A stretch of DNA of 60,091 nt, from the IMG/VR virus record IMGVR_UViG_3300046095_000129, positions 1 to 60,091 of that record. One strand, 5' to 3'. Every line of letters starts with the position of its first letter. Positions within the stretch are counted from its first letter, which is position 1. The position numbers and the translations under genes are program-made. Shown in pieces: positions 1 through 8,988 of this stretch. The DNA is from a virus. Lineage: Duplodnaviria > Caudoviricetes. The notes under the pieces are model-generated. The model was given only the letters and a program-made list of their open reading frames with translations, was not told the origin of the DNA and ran no database searches.

Positions 1-127
1 TCGGTCATCAGGAACCATGCATTGGTATCAGTCAAGAAGTGATTGATGCAGTACCCTTGTGGGATAGAGCCGTTGTTCTTCAAGGCGTTGATATCGTTGT
101 CGGCAGTGCCAACACGTAGATTGGTTT
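1..127. repeat. Terminal overlap identical to 59965-60091 (circular contig)
   Basis: Exact 127-nt identity between the window ends, lying inside the capsid ORF; 127 is a common assembler k-mer size. Confidence 0.95.
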
Positions 128-755
128 CCAGCAAGCGGGTTGCAGTGAACTGCAATGCTGGCGGGATGACCAATTTTTTGGGCTGTGCTGCGATCAGCAA
201 ACCGCGCTCATCAGTCCAAGCAGCGATCTGAATAACTGCGTTTTCCAACGAAGTTTCGTTCAAATCGGCTGCGGTTGCAGGACGGTTGCTGTTGGTTCCG
301 CCAGACACCAGAGGGTGAGCAGTAGAAATTAAAGAAACCCCGTCACCACCCACATACGCGCTACTGAAAGCGTTGTTGAGGGTTGCAGCGGCCTTGACTT
401 GCTTGGTATACGCCATTGCACGGGCCAGAGCCTTGGTGTAACGGGCAGACAGCGAGTCATACAGGTTGTCCTCAACAGCCTCTTCAGTGATGGAGAAGCC
501 AAGAGCGATAGTCTCGTGGTTGTACCGAGCCGTAAACGCTTCCTGTGCATTGTCATAAGCAATGGCAGAACCCTCGTTCTTAACTGGTGCAGCGGAGAAT
601 CCCGACAGCTTGGTCTCTTCTTCAAAAGAACGCTCTGATTTTTCAGTCTCATAAATTTCTTTATGTTCCTGTTGGTAGGTTGTGTATTCCAAACCAAACA
701 AAGCGTTCAGACCGGGAAGGAGTTCCTTCAGTAGTTGTGCGCGTGAAATAGCCAT
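1..755 (-). CDS. Major capsid protein, N-terminal part (continues at 59964 down to 59808; about 303 aa), Mu gpT-like/HK97 fold
   Basis: ATG at 755 after AGGAG; reads MAISRAQLLKELLPGLNALFGLEY; in frame with ORF 59808..60047 across the junction; located after scaffold. Absent from the ORF track because it is split. Confidence 0.9.
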   Translation of the reverse strand, partial: MAISRAQLLKELLPGLNALFGLEYTTYQQEHKEIYETEKSERSFEEETKLSGFSAAPVKNEGSAIAYDNAQEAFTARYNHETIALGFSITEEAVEDNLYDSLSARYTKALARAMAYTKQVKAAATLNNAFSSAYVGGDGVSLISTAHPLVSGGTNSNRPATAADLNETSLENAVIQIAAWTDERGLLIAAQPKKLVIPPALQFTATRLLETNLRVGTADNDINALKNNGSIPQGYCINHFLTDTNAWFLMT

Positions 756-767
756 GATTTATGCTCC

Positions 768-1373
768 TTATATGCCGAGTGAGTTATTGTACTGATGCAT
801 AGTCGCATTGATCTTGACAATAACTTCAGGGAAATTATCAGCAGCAGTGGCGGTATCCCGCACAACATCAATAACACGAATTGGCAGAGTAGCGGTTACA
901 GCGGTAGAGTCCAATAGAGCCACTGCTGAGTTGCCAGAGGTTGTTGAACCAGCGTTCTGAACCAACGTACCGTTATTGCCGATGGCGCTAATGCCAACAC
1001 CGGAGATAACAGTTGTGCCAGACACAACCGCCACTTGGAACAGCGTATCAGGATCATCAGCGACCACAGCGAAGATTTTAGTCCCCGAAGCGATTGCTTG
1101 ACTAGCCGGATAGAACTGTTGTTGCTGGATTTGCCCAGTTGAACTGTTGGTAAAACTAACACCCATAAACACACCGCAAGGTGTGGCAGTAGTTGTGCCC
1201 GTGTCCTTTTGGATTGTGCCGTCAGAAATGCGTTTCACTAAATCACCAAAGAAAATGTTTGTGGCATAGCCACTCGCAATTTCCATCAAGCGGGTTGACC
1301 CCGCAAATACCTGTCCACCGATTAGGTTTACAGGCTTTAGACCGTAAGGGGCCGAGACTGTAGGATAAGCCAT
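768..1373 (-). CDS. Probable minor capsid/cement protein
   Basis: 201 aa, Gly/Thr/beta-rich, MAYPTVSAPYGLKPVNLIGG start, immediately upstream of the capsid gene, AGGAG RBS. Confidence 0.6.
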   Translation of the reverse strand: MAYPTVSAPYGLKPVNLIGGQVFAGSTRLMEIASGYATNIFFGDLVKRISDGTIQKDTGTTTATPCGVFMGVSFTNSSTGQIQQQQFYPASQAIASGTKIFAVVADDPDTLFQVAVVSGTTVISGVGISAIGNNGTLVQNAGSTTSGNSAVALLDSTAVTATLPIRVIDVVRDTATAADNFPEVIVKINATMHQYNNSLGI

Positions 1374-1385
1374 TTAAAACTCCTG

Positions 1386-1835
1386 TTATTTAGAACCAGA
1401 ACCAAATCCTTGTCCACGAGTGCTTGTAGATTTTCGGTCTGCAAACAAAGGCATACGAGGGTCGTTGTTCCGCATGAAACTATTATCCACTGACTCCATC
1501 TGCTCAGATGCGTGTTTGTCATAGTACTGCTTTCGGGCCTCTGTGCGGTCGGATGGCTGTTTGCATAACATCAGTCCACCGATTTCCACATTACCACTAG
1601 CACTACCAACAATCATCAGTTCAGGATGGTCTACTGCTTTTACTGGCTCCCAACCATCTCGCATTTGGCGAGATACATTGGTGTGGTGTGCTGTTCCGTT
1701 TACATGCGTTGCAATCCAACGGAACGAGTACCCCGGTTCAGGAGTCGGGTCTGGCAGTGAAGAGGGCGGCACATAGACCGTCCGTGCATTTTTATCGCGT
1801 GACACTAGGTCGCGGGGGGTACGAGCATCAGCCAT
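1386..1835 (-). CDS. Conserved head-morphogenesis region hypothetical protein
   Basis: 149 aa, overlaps the scaffold stop; position in head operon. Confidence 0.7.
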   Translation of the reverse strand: MADARTPRDLVSRDKNARTVYVPPSSLPDPTPEPGYSFRWIATHVNGTAHHTNVSRQMRDGWEPVKAVDHPELMIVGSASGNVEIGGLMLCKQPSDRTEARKQYYDKHASEQMESVDNSFMRNNDPRMPLFADRKSTSTRGQGFGSGSK

Positions 1836-2748
1836 TTTGATTCTCCAGTTTAGCTACTTGAACAGCATATTGTTGAGGGGTCAGTCCAAACTTTTTCGCC
1901 AACGCCATTTGCGTTAGTGTAAGCTGAACTTTCTTTGGCCCTGACGAACGAGTCGCCGAGGCTACAACAGATGAAGGTCGAGTGCTTCGTGCTTCACGCC
2001 CCCCAAATGATTCTGGGAAGGTGCTCCGCATCCGGGCATCAATACGTTCAAAATACTCGTCCGAGCGGGGGTCTACCCCCGAATTCACTAGTTTTTGGTG
2101 CAGCCCTAGTGAAAAGCTGGTTAATTCTTCGTTCCCCGGAGCGCCAAACCACTGGTTTTTTGCTTGCCAGCGCAAGGTTTTGTCATCAGGTTCTACCGCT
2201 ACGGGTTCCGATTTCCGTATTTGTACACTATCTGAAGCCGTTTGTAAAGGGGTTGGCCTAAAATTCTGGGCTGAAATCATCTTCAGCTTGGCATCCGTCA
2301 GTGCTTCCTGTGCCGCAATGATAGCATCAGTATCAAAAGCCTCCTGTGCTGCCTTGTAGTTACGCCTTGCAGTCTCAAGCTCACTGCCAACCGCCTGTTT
2401 TACGGTTTCTGCGTACTGTTGAGCACCATTATTGGCGTAATTCTTCAGTTGCCGGTTCTCATCCAGCAATTGTTGGGCAAGATTCTCAAGTTCTTGCTTT
2501 TCTCGGATCGTGGACTCTTTTGCACGGCGTTCGTCGTGTCGGGCATGGGTCAATTCCTTGATCCGACCCTTTACTTTGTCCGAATATGAGTTGATTTCCT
2601 CATCTGTGGGGTCTTCAACAGGTCGGTCAAGAGCTTGTCGTCCCCTGTCTTGGGCTGGGGTGTCATCCACAACCTCAATTTCAACCTCAAACTCTTTTTC
2701 ATCAGCTTTTGCTGCAATTTCATCAGGAAATTCAAACTTTTCAGCCAT
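1828..2748 (-). CDS. Probable capsid scaffolding protein
   Basis: Acidic N-terminus, long coiled coil, C-terminal AKKFGLTPQQYA helix; lies between portal and capsid genes. Confidence 0.7.
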   Translation of the reverse strand: MAEKFEFPDEIAAKADEKEFEVEIEVVDDTPAQDRGRQALDRPVEDPTDEEINSYSDKVKGRIKELTHARHDERRAKESTIREKQELENLAQQLLDENRQLKNYANNGAQQYAETVKQAVGSELETARRNYKAAQEAFDTDAIIAAQEALTDAKLKMISAQNFRPTPLQTASDSVQIRKSEPVAVEPDDKTLRWQAKNQWFGAPGNEELTSFSLGLHQKLVNSGVDPRSDEYFERIDARMRSTFPESFGGREARSTRPSSVVASATRSSGPKKVQLTLTQMALAKKFGLTPQQYAVQVAKLENQNG

Positions 2749-2758
2749 TTTCTACTCC

Positions 2759-3187
2759 TCAAGCACGAGTTAAGCCTCGCGGGTCTTGCACAACAGCGTC
2801 TACTTGGTCATCATTAAGCAGACGGAACTCTTTGCCGTAGATTTTGAAGCGTGTGCCGGAATAGGTACGCACCAAAACAAAATCTCCAGCCTTACACCAC
2901 GCACCACCGGGGAACTTGACCTGATCTTTGTACGCATCAGGGCCAATTTTTACAACAAAGAGCACGGTGGTGGCGTGTTCTTCTTGCCGCATGTAGGGAT
3001 CAGCTTTGACAATGCTGGAATTCTCAAAGGTTTTTTCTACATCAGGCACAACACACAACAATTTCCAACCTGTGGGGTCGGGCAACTGTGTGGCTTTCTC
3101 TTCTTGGGACGCATCTTCACTAGGGTTTTCCCTAGGTCGGATAGTTTTTGGCAAACTAATGCCGGGTGGAAGAATCAGATTACTCAT
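2759..3187 (-). CDS. groES: GroES/Cpn10-like co-chaperonin
   Basis: PTGWKLL...VVKIGPDAY...GDFVLVRTYSGTRFKIYGKEFRLLNDDQVDAVV matches the Cpn10 pattern; start at 3187 overlaps the upstream stop. Confidence 0.8.
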   Translation of the reverse strand: MSNLILPPGISLPKTIRPRENPSEDASQEEKATQLPDPTGWKLLCVVPDVEKTFENSSIVKADPYMRQEEHATTVLFVVKIGPDAYKDQVKFPGGAWCKAGDFVLVRTYSGTRFKIYGKEFRLLNDDQVDAVVQDPRGLTRA

Positions 3188-3374
3188 CGGCTCTTTCTGC
3201 TTTGTCAGCAAGGTCAATTAAATAACGCTCTGCGAGAGCTAGACCCTGAATAGTCCCGCAGAGTTTTTGGTACTCTTCAAAATTGCGACAAGCACCCCCA
3301 GCCAAGTCATCGGCGTAGTTGTTCATGTCGGTACGAATCTTTTCGCGCAGTACCCGCACAAAATCTTTGATCAT
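3180..3374 (-). CDS. Small conserved protein downstream of portal
   Basis: 64 aa, coupled to the portal stop (ATGA overlap). Confidence 0.75.
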   Translation of the reverse strand: MIKDFVRVLREKIRTDMNNYADDLAGGACRNFEEYQKLCGTIQGLALAERYLIDLADKAERADE

Positions 3375-5905
3375 GTTGGCGCTTTCGGTGTTTTTGGTTG
3401 TTGCATGGCCTGTGCCCTGCTCTTGGCAACATCAATACCCATCCTGACCCCAGATTCTTGTTGCTGCGCTGACAGTTTTGCTTTGCTGTCCTGTATCTGC
3501 GCCCCAACTTTCAACCCGGCAAGCTGGCTTTGCAACTGCGCTTTCTGTTGCTCCAGTTTGATCTTGTCAGCTTGTGTTGTGGCGTCCACAAGCAGCTTCT
3601 TCTCTTGCATAGCCGCCTGTTGAGCCATCTGCTGGTTCTTGGACTGCAACTGCTGCATGGCAAGCTGGTTCTTCATTTGAGAGTCTTGCGCCTTGATTTG
3701 CAACTCCTGCTGCTTAATCTGAAGCTCCATCTGTTGCATTTGAATCAACGGGTCTTGTTGATTTTGTTGTGCTTGCTGCTGCGCCGCCTGCGCTTGGTTC
3801 TGTTGCAAGACCTGTTGAGCAGCTTGAGCCAGCATCCCAGACAGAGCCGTTTCAACTTCGGGTGGCAGCTTCTCATCTTGCGGAGGCATGGGCATCCCAA
3901 GTTGCTGCTCAATCTGCTGTCGGTACTGGAACCCAACATGCTCTGCAAGGTGAGCCATCATGGCCCCCTGAATAAGAGGAGCCTTGGGGCTTTGTCCAAT
4001 TACTTGAGTTACAGACGGGTCTTGCATCATGGCTTGGTGCACTGCAATATGCGCCTTGTGATCTTGGTACGAGAAAGCCTTGACAGGCTCTCCTTTGATG
4101 ATCATCATGTTCTCAGTCACCGGGTCTAGCGGTTTCTGGTCATCTGGCAGGGGAACCAATTTATCTGCGTTCTTAATCCCCAAAACCTCCAGCATGTTGC
4201 GGTGCAACTGAGGCAAGTCATAGATATCCGGGGCCATCTGCGCCATCTGAATCACAGCTTGGTACTGGACAACCCGCTGGCTCATGGTGGCTGCATTCGG
4301 GTCACTGACCGGAATCACATCCACATCGTCGTAGTCTTCCTTCTTGGCTTTCCTGTCCCCAATTTCAGGCTCATAGGTATAGTCAGGGTCGGTGTAGTCG
4401 GCAATGATCCGGGCCAGCAGCTTGAGTTCTTGTTTAAACGCAGCATGAACCCTAGCCTGCACTGCGGTCATCACCTTGAGTTGGCGCTCAAGCAACGCCA
4501 GCGTAGTGCCTACCGGCGACTGCCCCGACATGTCGCTGATCTTTAAATCTGCGGTGGCGGCAAACCTACGGCCTTCCTCAACAATATTTCCCAGCAGGGT
4601 GTAGAGAACTTGGCTTGGTTCCTTGTAAGGCAACGGCAGGATGTTGTCCCGCATCACCCCAGAGCCAATGTCTACATCTCGCCATTCACCGGGGGCAATG
4701 GGGGTGTCATCTCCCTTGATTCGGAGTCCTCTGGTCTTGAGACCACCCGGCAAGTTGGACAGTGTTCCTGCGTCCACAAGCTGTCGCATAATGCTGGTAG
4801 CCGACTTCGCAAACCCTCCGATGAGGTGGAAAAGGCCGAAGCCGTAAGCCCCAAAACCCGGAATGTATTGGTAGTGAACGAAGTGTTGTCGTTTAAGTCG
4901 GAGGTCGTCATCTTCTTCCCAGTTGCGGCGAATCGCCAAAACATCGCCCGTGCCCTTGATTAGCGTCACGACATACGGCAGCATGATCCCGGTCTCTTCA
5001 CCTTCTTTGTCGGTGTCCTCAAACCCCTTCAAATCAAGGTCTGCATGAATTTCATACAGGGTGAAACGGTCATCGTTTAAATCACTGAACCCGGTCTCTT
5101 TGTCCTTGGCCTTCTCAATGTCGGTGGTCTCTTTGGTTGGATCACCAATGTCACATTCCCGGTAAAAACCAGCGGATTGCAGCTTTAATATCTCATTCTT
5201 GGTCTTGTGCATCACATGGGTGACGCGATAGCAAGACTGAATGTCTGATGCCCCATAGGGCAACAAGATATCTTCTGCTGGGATAAATATGGATATCTGC
5301 CTACCAAGGCTTGGGTCGTAGTAGACCTTCTTAAACGCAGAGCCTGTTGCCGGTAGACTCCACAGCATCCTCTCATGCTCTGCCCTGAACTCAACCATCT
5401 TCTCAGTCAGTTGATAGTTCATATCTTCCTGAACCCTGACAGCCGACTCCTTCTTCTCCTTGGTCTCTTTACCAATAATCTTGGTTTTCACCGGGCCAGC
5501 AGCCGGGAAGGTTTCGGTGATGGTCTCGCTTTGGAAGCGCACAACTGCCTCTGTGATCATGGGGTGGAATACCCCACAAGCACCATTCCAAGGCTCTGTG
5601 CGCTCTTCATACTGCAAACCCAACAGCTTCAACCCTTCTGTGTAGGCTTTCTCCCAATCCTTGCGGCCTGCTTTGTCATTGTCAATTTCTGATGCCAGAT
5701 CAGAACCAAGGGTCTGCATGGCTCCATCAGACATTTCCTCTGCAAGATTTGCAGAAAAATCTCCAGCATCTTCTGCATCAGGATCAATCTCAATCTCCAT
5801 GCTCATCGACTCCGGGTCAACAATCTCGATCTCAATGGCTTCCTCGCCCATGTTATCCAATCCCATCGGGGCTTGGTACAGCGCTTTGTCAATGTTGGTT
5901 GCCAT
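3371..5905 (-). CDS. Portal protein (P22-like, Gln-rich C-terminal barrel)
   Basis: 844 aa directly after terL; GSAFKKVYYD motif; long Q-rich coiled coil. Confidence 0.85.
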   Translation of the reverse strand: MATNIDKALYQAPMGLDNMGEEAIEIEIVDPESMSMEIEIDPDAEDAGDFSANLAEEMSDGAMQTLGSDLASEIDNDKAGRKDWEKAYTEGLKLLGLQYEERTEPWNGACGVFHPMITEAVVRFQSETITETFPAAGPVKTKIIGKETKEKKESAVRVQEDMNYQLTEKMVEFRAEHERMLWSLPATGSAFKKVYYDPSLGRQISIFIPAEDILLPYGASDIQSCYRVTHVMHKTKNEILKLQSAGFYRECDIGDPTKETTDIEKAKDKETGFSDLNDDRFTLYEIHADLDLKGFEDTDKEGEETGIMLPYVVTLIKGTGDVLAIRRNWEEDDDLRLKRQHFVHYQYIPGFGAYGFGLFHLIGGFAKSATSIMRQLVDAGTLSNLPGGLKTRGLRIKGDDTPIAPGEWRDVDIGSGVMRDNILPLPYKEPSQVLYTLLGNIVEEGRRFAATADLKISDMSGQSPVGTTLALLERQLKVMTAVQARVHAAFKQELKLLARIIADYTDPDYTYEPEIGDRKAKKEDYDDVDVIPVSDPNAATMSQRVVQYQAVIQMAQMAPDIYDLPQLHRNMLEVLGIKNADKLVPLPDDQKPLDPVTENMMIIKGEPVKAFSYQDHKAHIAVHQAMMQDPSVTQVIGQSPKAPLIQGAMMAHLAEHVGFQYRQQIEQQLGMPMPPQDEKLPPEVETALSGMLAQAAQQVLQQNQAQAAQQQAQQNQQDPLIQMQQMELQIKQQELQIKAQDSQMKNQLAMQQLQSKNQQMAQQAAMQEKKLLVDATTQADKIKLEQQKAQLQSQLAGLKVGAQIQDSKAKLSAQQQESGVRMGIDVAKSRAQAMQQPKTPKAPT

Positions 5906-5917
5906 GTCAGTGCTTTC

Positions 5918-7462
5918 TTAATAGTATGCAGCTTGTCTGCCACGCCTGAATATTCTAGGCTCTTCTTTCTCATCAGACTCCAACGAGATGAATCCGCCTT
6001 GGCGGTAGCGTAGCAGCGCTTGTGTGGTGGTGTCAACGTAGTCGTCATGCTCCCCCACAGGGAACGCTGCCATTTCTTCTATAACCTCCCGTGCCCAACG
6101 GGTGTCTGGAGCCCATACTTTACCCGAAGTGAACAGGTCAGCTACGGCATTCATCCGCACCATTTTGTCGTTTCCCCGGCTGGGGGTGAACTCTTGCACA
6201 GGTATGCCCATTGCCCGGAGTTCTTGAATCAGAGGAGACCCGGCGGCTTTCTTCTCCACAATAATACTATCAGGTTCCCAATCTTTCCAGTGTTTCAGCG
6301 CTACGGATTTCAACTCTGGGAAGGCCATCCGGTCTTTAAACGCATCCAGCAGTATGAGTTGGGGGGAGCCGTTTTCTTCGTCGTTGTACCAAATCCCCCA
6401 TGTTGTGCACGCACTGTAGTCAGCGGTGGTCTTGGTCTCAAAAGCGGTGTCCCACGACTGTATGATGTACTCACACTTGGGCGCATCATCATGGGGCCAG
6501 ACTCGCCAATCTTTACGGGAGACCACTGCCGACATGTCTGATGTGGGCTGCTGCATGTACTGTGCGTTCCAATACCGAGGCTCCAAACTGGCTTTTTTCT
6601 GCAACATCGACTCCAGCGGCCACTGTTCAGGCCACAGGGCTTTACCCGAAGGCAGGATGGCGGGTAGCTCCACGATCTCCCACGGCATGGAGTCCGGGTT
6701 CTTGGTTTGGTAGTCAAGCAGCCGCCCGGTCAAGTCCAGTAGTGACCAACGGGTCATTACCACGATAATGGCTCCCCCCGGCATCAGTCGTTGTAGCGGC
6801 CCGGTCTGAAACCATGACCATGCCGTATCAAACGCCAAGCGGCTGTTGACCTTTATATCTTGCTCCGAATGCGGGTCATCAATGACGAATAGGTCAGCGC
6901 CGCGCCCAGCAAGTGCACCGCCAACACCCGCTGCGTAGTACTGACCCCCGGCTGTAGTTGACCATTTACCGGCGGCTTTTTGGTCGCTGGCAACAAGGGT
7001 GTTGGGGAAGATTTCATGGTACTCCTCCGAGTCAATTAAGTTACGTACTCGTCTGCCATAGTCTTCGGACAGGGACGCCGTGTGTGTCCCCATGATGATT
7101 TTCTTTTCTGGGTACTTGCCTAAGAAGTATGCAGGGAACAGGTAAGAGGCAAATTCAGATTTTCCGTGCCGAGGGGCTATGTTGACAATTACCCGTTTCT
7201 TGTTGCCCTCAATCACATCCGTAAATATCTTTGCCAGCTTGCGGTGATGGGGGCCAATCTTAAATCCGGGGTACACACCTTGAGCAAATCCCAAGGGGCT
7301 GTGTTTGGCGGCAGTTAGTCTGGCGCGTTCCTCACGAATACTCAAGTCATCAAATAGCTCAATCTTGTCCTGCAATGACATGGATGGCAAAGCGCGTTGG
7401 AGCGCTTCCAGTTCCACCTTACTTAGGCTGGTCAGTGTCTGTAGGTTCATTAACTGGGACAT
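5918..7462 (-). CDS. terL: Terminase large subunit
   Basis: Walker A IAPRHGKS, Walker B FVIDDPH, coupling motif VMTRW, nuclease SWDTA...HDDYVD; start may be 7450. Confidence 0.95.
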   Translation of the reverse strand: MSQLMNLQTLTSLSKVELEALQRALPSMSLQDKIELFDDLSIREERARLTAAKHSPLGFAQGVYPGFKIGPHHRKLAKIFTDVIEGNKKRVIVNIAPRHGKSEFASYLFPAYFLGKYPEKKIIMGTHTASLSEDYGRRVRNLIDSEEYHEIFPNTLVASDQKAAGKWSTTAGGQYYAAGVGGALAGRGADLFVIDDPHSEQDIKVNSRLAFDTAWSWFQTGPLQRLMPGGAIIVVMTRWSLLDLTGRLLDYQTKNPDSMPWEIVELPAILPSGKALWPEQWPLESMLQKKASLEPRYWNAQYMQQPTSDMSAVVSRKDWRVWPHDDAPKCEYIIQSWDTAFETKTTADYSACTTWGIWYNDEENGSPQLILLDAFKDRMAFPELKSVALKHWKDWEPDSIIVEKKAAGSPLIQELRAMGIPVQEFTPSRGNDKMVRMNAVADLFTSGKVWAPDTRWAREVIEEMAAFPVGEHDDYVDTTTQALLRYRQGGFISLESDEKEEPRIFRRGRQAAYY

Positions 7463-8018
7463 CCACTACGTCAATCACATGCATGAACTTGTTCAGTTTT
7501 TCTTTGATGCGCTGCTCCAGTTCGCTATCAGACATGTCGGCTTTCTTGATCTCCACACGTTCCGTAAATAGCGCCACCTCAGTTACCTTGCCCAGCATCT
7601 CCAACGCTTTGAGTCGGAAGCGGGTGTCGGGGTTTTTGGTTTCTTCAAGTATCTGTGACACGGCGTAGCCGCGAAGTTCTTTGGCCTGTTCTACAAAAGC
7701 CCAATCGTATGCTGTCAGCATCCCTACCAGATGTCGCACCGCTTGGGGTGTCTTGACGTTGGTGAGCGCCAACTTGGTGTCTTGGGGTGGGCCTCCAGCA
7801 ACCATCGTGGCAAATGCTGACCGCACTGCCTGTGAGTCCGCAGCCGTCTCAATCTCTTCGTCTGGGATAGCGCCGAGTTGTTTTAACCAATCTGCCGTTT
7901 TAACTTTGGCGTCGATGATGTCCGCAGCCGACTGATTGGCAATAGGGGTGACTACACTCCCGGCTGGGGTGTTTTCTATTTCGGGGTGGTATTCCCCGTT
8001 GATGAGGTGGTTAAACAT
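7419..8018 (-). CDS. Probable terminase small subunit
   Basis: Directly upstream of terL; RLKALEMLGK helix typical of TerS oligomerisation region. I prefer the start at 8018 (MFNHLI) over the track's 8150, which runs through a structured RNA. Confidence 0.6.
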   Translation of the reverse strand: MFNHLINGEYHPEIENTPAGSVVTPIANQSAADIIDAKVKTADWLKQLGAIPDEEIETAADSQAVRSAFATMVAGGPPQDTKLALTNVKTPQAVRHLVGMLTAYDWAFVEQAKELRGYAVSQILEETKNPDTRFRLKALEMLGKVTEVALFTERVEIKKADMSDSELEQRIKEKLNKFMHVIDVVDVPVNEPTDTDQPK

Positions 8019-8047
8019 AGGCAGTACGTAATAGTGTACACTCCTTT

Positions 8048-8124
8048 TTGAGTGGCGGTAGTTTCCGTTGCTTCTCCTTGATAGGTATACCCTGTCTTTA
8101 CCCCCCGCACTGGGGGGTTTTTTT
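8048..8124 (+). ncRNA. Putative trans-acting antisense small RNA
   Basis: TACACT -10 at 8037-8042; hairpins AGUGGCGG/CCGUUGCU, GAUAGG/CCUGUC and CCCCCC/GGGGGG followed by U7; G-U pairs work only on the + strand; 8061-8080 is complementary to several gene starts. Confidence 0.7.
8101..8124 (+). terminator. Intrinsic terminator of the putative sRNA
   Basis: CCCCCC-GCACT-GGGGGG-TTTTTTT. Confidence 0.85.
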
Positions 8125-8133
8125 ATGGCTACT

Positions 8134-8149
8134 TGTCTAACATTAGACA
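8134..8149. promoter_or_regulatory. TGTC-N8-GACA operator-like palindrome, copy 1
   Basis: TGTCTAA-CA-TTAGACA perfect inverted repeat; related copies at 14319 and 23896. Confidence 0.5.
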
Positions 8150-8396
8150 TAGTATGGGGTGGATTTTTATAATTTTTGTGGGGGGTGGTGCTTTGTTTTG
8201 ATAGGGGGTGGGTGCTGTGTAGGTTGCGTGTTTTGCAGAAATGTGCATTTGTATATTTCGTAGAAATATGGGGTATGGCTATGGATTAGTGTTGTTGTAT
8301 GAGCGGTGCAGCTTGGCCCCAAAGGGGGCTGGGGGTACGGTGGGGTCTGAGACTACTGCATTTCTACTCTCCTGAGATTACTGCAAATACCCCTTA

Positions 8397-8405
8397 TGGT
8401 ATAAT
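8397..8405 (+). promoter_or_regulatory. Extended -10 sigma70 promoter of the early region
   Basis: TGG-TATAAT at the start of the plus-strand arm. Confidence 0.7.
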
Positions 8406-8434
8406 AGAGGCATCGGTTGGGGGTTCCCGCCGAT

Positions 8435-8457
8435 AGAGGGAGAATGGTTCTCCCTCT
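8435..8457. repeat. 23-bp palindrome copy 1
   Basis: AGAGGGAGAATGGTTCTCCCTCT. Confidence 0.9.
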
Positions 8458-8484
8458 GGTACATCAATGTAATTAGGATTTATC

Positions 8485-8880
8485 ATGAAACTCAAATCTA
8501 CAGTAATCTCTCAGTTCATTCAGACTAATGCAGTGGCTTATGCTGCTGCTGCTGATGTGTTCCACACTATTGAGTCGAACACGTTTGCGGAGACCCTCGC
8601 TGCTTCCGGTGTTATCGGGGCGGATGTCAAGGTATTCGCAGTAGTCTTCGTAGCAAAGGAGTCAGGCGTTCTTCCCCATGAGTACCGGGGCGCATGGACA
8701 TTCACCAAAGACTCAGCAGAACATAGCAGAGTCAAGTACTTGGTGGCGGTGGTATCGGGTGCTGCGGCACGCAAAGCGGGGGCGCGCAAGAGCGCCAAGA
8801 TTGACCCCGTGGAAGTGCTGCTCAAGGGCTACAAGGCTTTGACCCCGGCACAGAAAAAGGCTTTCATTGCGGCCATCTAA
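8485..8880 (+). CDS. First early protein, hypothetical
   Basis: 131 aa, Ala-rich with a basic C-terminus; AGGA RBS; bracketed by palindromes. Confidence 0.8.
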   Translation: MKLKSTVISQFIQTNAVAYAAAADVFHTIESNTFAETLAASGVIGADVKVFAVVFVAKESGVLPHEYRGAWTFTKDSAEHSRVKYLVAVVSGAAARKAGARKSAKIDPVEVLLKGYKALTPAQKKAFIAAI

Positions 8881-8893
8881 GCCGCTATCAATC

Positions 8894-8916
8894 AGAGGGA
8901 GAACAGTTCTCCCTCT
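8894..8916. repeat. 23-bp palindrome copy 2
   Basis: AGAGGGAGAACAGTTCTCCCTCT. Confidence 0.9.
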
Positions 8917-8988
8917 AAGTCAACTCTCACAGCGCATCCGCAAGGGTGTGCTGTGGGGGCAATCTTGCCCTGACTGTAGGAGATATCA

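Noticed and set aside
1-127. Biological direct terminal repeat
   Set aside because: It falls inside the capsid ORF and its length equals a common assembler k-mer, so it is more likely a circularisation overlap.
8019-8150. N-terminal extension of terS given in the ORF track
   Set aside because: It runs through a hairpin/terminator element and has no RBS; start 8018 is more plausible.
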